A DNA stretch of 62,941 nucleotides, filler included, from Hyphochytrium catenoides (lineage: Eukaryota; Protista; Hyphochytriomycota): assembly GCA_900088475.1 (NCBI GenBank). It is 13 parts of 13 records of this genome, joined end to end, with 100 filler letters (N's around TTAATTAATTAA, not from the genome) between each part and the next. Parts side by side here need not be neighbours in the genome. Positions count along the whole stretch, not along the records: positions 57,508 to 60,677 come from FLMG01003764.1; positions 60,778 to 62,941 come from FLMG01002013.1; 11 more parts are not named here. One strand, written 5' to 3'. Numbering within the stretch: the first letter of the stretch is position 1; each line of letters opens with the position of its first letter. The position numbers were made by a program, and so were the translations under genes. The notes below the pieces were generated by a model, which was not told where the DNA came from, did not search any database, and saw only the letters and a program-made list of their open reading frames with translations. Positions 59,938 to 62,941 of the stretch are shown here, piece after piece.

Positions 59938-60677
59938 ATCACCGAGAGACGAGAATGGAAGTGGATGAACAGAGAGATCCTTACTTCTGCATCGTGTTAT
60001 CTGTCGAGTTCCTTCTCCTTGAGAAGGGAAGTTTGTTTGCTCTTCTTTCCTCCATGGAAGCGGCGCTGATGAGAGACATGATCAGGAGAGACAGGTAAAG
60101 GAAACAAAGGAAAAGAGAGAGGCCAGCCCTAGGAGAGAGAGAGAGAGAGAAAAAGGAAGGGCAAGTAGCCACCTGTTCTGGGATTCGTCCGAGTCCTTAC
60201 GCTCGTCGTAGGGAAGAACCTGATACAAAAACTGATGGAGCGGGTGAAAAAAGAGAGAGAGAGAGTGAGAGAGAGACAGACAGATAGAGAGAGAGAGAGA
60301 GAGAGAAAACGAATCATATATAGAGAGATAAGAAATAGCATACTGCCGAGAGAAGAGAGATGAGGTCGAGGAAGAGGAAAGGAGCCCGTGATCATGCGAT
60401 CACCAACAAAAAGTCTATATAATTGAGAAAGAGAGAGAGAAGATAGCAGAGCTTTGGGACGAACTGTAGCGATGACAGGAGGAGAGACAAGAGTGACGCG
60501 AGCACTGGCAATGCAGAGAGAAGAGGGAGAAAGAGGTAGAAGTGAGGAAAGACAGAGCGCAAGAGAGAGAGAGACATAGAGCTAAAAGCGACAATTGTGA
60601 TCAGCAGACGAAGGAAAGAGATGGAAGAGAAAGCTTTACCTCTGTGACATCAGGGCTTCTCTCCACCCACTTCCTGA
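57772..60677 (-). CDS. PH-domain-containing CaMK-like protein kinase (internal fragment)
   Basis: PH domain RQGGLWKVGNKLRQWKQRYYYLQGNFLYYY..GCFVEP..YGFEI..RRLLYTKSLQDRTEWVAALRKAS, directly followed by kinase subdomain I YTIGKEIGKGRFSTVCEC. Both ends run off the contig. Confidence 0.85.
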
Positions 60678-60777
60678 NNNNNNNNNNNNNNNNNNNNNNN
60701 NNNNNNNNNNNNNNNNNNNNNTTAATTAATTAANNNNNNNNNNNNNNNNNNNNNNNNNNNNNNNNNNNNNNNNNNNN

Positions 60778-61359
60778 GCAGGAAGTGCTCCATCTCATAT
60801 GCCCAATCCCGGTAATTGTGAAGACTGAGGTTCTCTACGGCAAAGGCGCCCTTAGAGGTCGAGAAAGTGAGCTTCGTGCTATCCATGGTGATCGCAGTGT
60901 ACGCTATGAAGAGAACTTAAGCGTGGGCCGCAATAACCTTTAGCTGAGTGCTCTTCTTCTGGAACTTGATGAATGATTAATTTGTGAGCTAGTGCTCTTT
61001 AACTGATAACTCTACCTACATGATGACGCTTCACCAACAAGTGCCATCTTCTACATCACCAATAAGCCTATCTCAACTCACACAGCTGAGCTCCTCTGAG
61101 TCTCTAAGAAATCCTTCCTTAGCCAGAGAGAGACAAGAAGGGAGGAGGAGTACAAGATAGAAAACCCAAAAGCGCCTATCTCCTATCCTCAGCCAGGCAG
61201 CAGAAAGCCAGTTCCTCTATCGTCTCCATGTGCTTGCAGCCACAGGTTTCCAAGAGATGATGCTACAATGCCACAATTTCCCGAGAGATGATGCTGCAAT
61301 AAGTTCAGCACCACAACTCTTACCACCGCCATATAGTCGTGACGCTCACTCTCGTAACA
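60778..61359 (-). mobile_element. 5' end of a Ty1/copia LTR retrotransposon (putative LTR, PBS, gag start)
   Basis: ATG at 60886 gives MDSTKLTFSTSKGAFAVENLSLHNYRDWAYEMEHFL (copia gag L..xNY..W..M..L motif). Upstream GGTTATTGCGGCCCAC (60938-60923) resembles the GGTTATGGGCCCA PBS. Candidate LTR start TGTTACG at 61359. Confidence 0.6.
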
Positions 61360-62200
61360 TACTTCCCTTGCACTTTACCGTCCTATTGACTTGTTTACAC
61401 TGCTTTACATGCGTTGACCAACCGCACTCCATTGTGTCCCTTACTCCTACTCTTTATTCCTGTTTTACTCTGCTTATTCTCATCGAACTCCGTCTTCTGC
61501 GCAAATCCTTTCTGATGCCTTGTTTCCACCTTGCTCTTCGTCTTTATCTCTCTTTCACCTTATTAGCAACTGCCCCCCACTATCTTTCCATTCCTTAAAT
61601 TGCACTCAACTGGCCGGTCTTCTTCACTCTAGACATTCTTGCGACCATCATCCTCCCCACCAATTTTGATGCTTTTTCTCTCCCTTTATCTTCGTCCTTG
61701 TCTGTCTTTCCCTCTATTAACAGCTGCTCGCCTATTATTTTTCAACTTTGAATATGATCTCTTTGTTAATTCCGTCCGCTGGACTCTTTTGTTCCTGTGG
61801 TACACGCATCTCAACGTTAACCTTAAACATTTCACCTTGGTCCTCAATCCTACGTACCGCTCTGGATTCTCTCTGACCCTACTCTCCAACTCTTTCCCAT
61901 GTGCAAACAGCTTCAACTGCTCTTTCTCCTTTCCTCGTCTATCTCTCTCTTTCTTAACCCTAGCAACTACGCTCCCATTAATCTTCCTAACTCTATCTAA
62001 CACTCCCTTTGCTCCTTTACCGTCCCCTTGCTCTTTTACTAGCCTTACATACTTTGCATACCCCCGTACTTCAATAGCTAATTCTTTGGTGCCTCACTCC
62101 TACCTCCCCGCTCCTGCTTCTCCCTGCTGCTTCTTGTGAATTCTGTCTTCTATACAAATCCTTCTTGGTGCTCTCTCTCTTCCTTCTCTTCGTCGACTTA
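61360..62200 (-). mobile_element. Possible decayed LINE ORF2 C-terminal region
   Basis: Purine-rich, basic, broken frames (KLFAHGKELE..ERYVGLRTKVKCLRLTLRC); no diagnostic motif seen. Confidence 0.25.
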
Positions 62201-62941
62201 GCTGACAGCGCTCACTCTCTCCGAAGATATAATTGGTAGCCTGCTTCCTTTTATCATAAGTCACACTTTAGTTTTAAAATACACTATTGCGTCTCTTTAT
62301 CTCTGTCCTACATTTTTGCTCATCTGTTCCCGTCTATCTCCCTCCATATGTCTATCTCTCCTGGCACTGGTCTGTCTCTTTTAATCTGCTCTGCTCTCTC
62401 TCTTTTGCTCCCTCTCCCGCGCTCTCCTCGTGCTAAAGCCTCTCCTCGATTCATACATTACCTAACTTCTGTTCCTTGGAATCAATACAAAAAAGAAGTA
62501 AGGGAGGAGAAGGCGGAACCTGACCCATGGAGCATGCTCTCTTCCTTGGTTTAGGAGGGGAAAAAGGATGAGGGCTTTTATCTCCTTTACTTCGTCGAAT
62601 CTTGCACCTATAGTATCTAGCTACTCTCGCATTATCTGTAGATGACGGGAGAATGAAGAGGAGACAAATCGAGCGTCGCCATACTCGGGATTTGAAAATA
62701 GTGGTTCAAAAAAATAGAAAATGTCGAGAAAAGAAAGGAGAACAAGAGAGAGAGGGAGAGAGGGATGGAAGAGAGGGTCCTATCATCAATGGCTTCTCTC
62801 CTTCTATTCTTATTTCGATTTCTTTATTCTTATGAAATAAATCACACGACCTTCCGTACTCTCCCTCATCTAATAGCTCCTAGACGGAATCAACAGGACC
62901 CAAGGACCAAGACGGCCTAAGACATGTAGGAATAGTTGTGA

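Noticed and set aside
7444-60733. Numerous long SLSLSL/RERERE ORFs in the six-frame track
   Set aside because: They are translations of (CT)n/(GA)n intronic or intergenic microsatellite, which lacks stop codons.
7074-60777. Recurring TTAATTAATTAA palindrome as a biological motif
   Set aside because: Always centred in exactly 44+44 Ns; it is an assembly linker with stops in all six frames.

Overview
Draft eukaryotic genome window made of 13 contigs joined by artificial 100-nt linkers (44 N + TTAATTAATTAA + 44 N), so adjacency across linkers is unreliable. The organism is probably a stramenopile of the oomycete/hyphochytrid type; this is an inference from gene content and Inr-like motifs. Two compartments are visible. 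(1) Intron-rich host genes whose introns, and often exons, are saturated with sense-strand (CT)n microsatellite: SF1/BBP, MFAP1, a TRAF-type Zn-finger protein, PP4 catalytic subunit, a hotdog acyl-CoA thioesterase, an LRR protein with two Btk-type Zn motifs, a KIX-like/F-box/LRR protein, UBE2J/Ubc6 (split over two oppositely oriented contigs), a RuvC-like nuclease and a PH-domain kinase. (2) Microsatellite-poor islands with decayed LINE, hAT-like, CRE-like (REL endonuclease) and copia elements, a 669-bp MITE with perfect 20-bp TIRs, and two compact genes: a frameshifted multi-TM protein and an intronless secreted alpha/beta-hydrolase. Best leads are the intron-containing phage-type RuvC-like resolvase, a RIP-like CAG/CTG->TAG/CTA mutation signature in repeats, the new MITE and the fold-back CRE-like retrotransposon. 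Exon boundaries were read by eye and no database searches were run.
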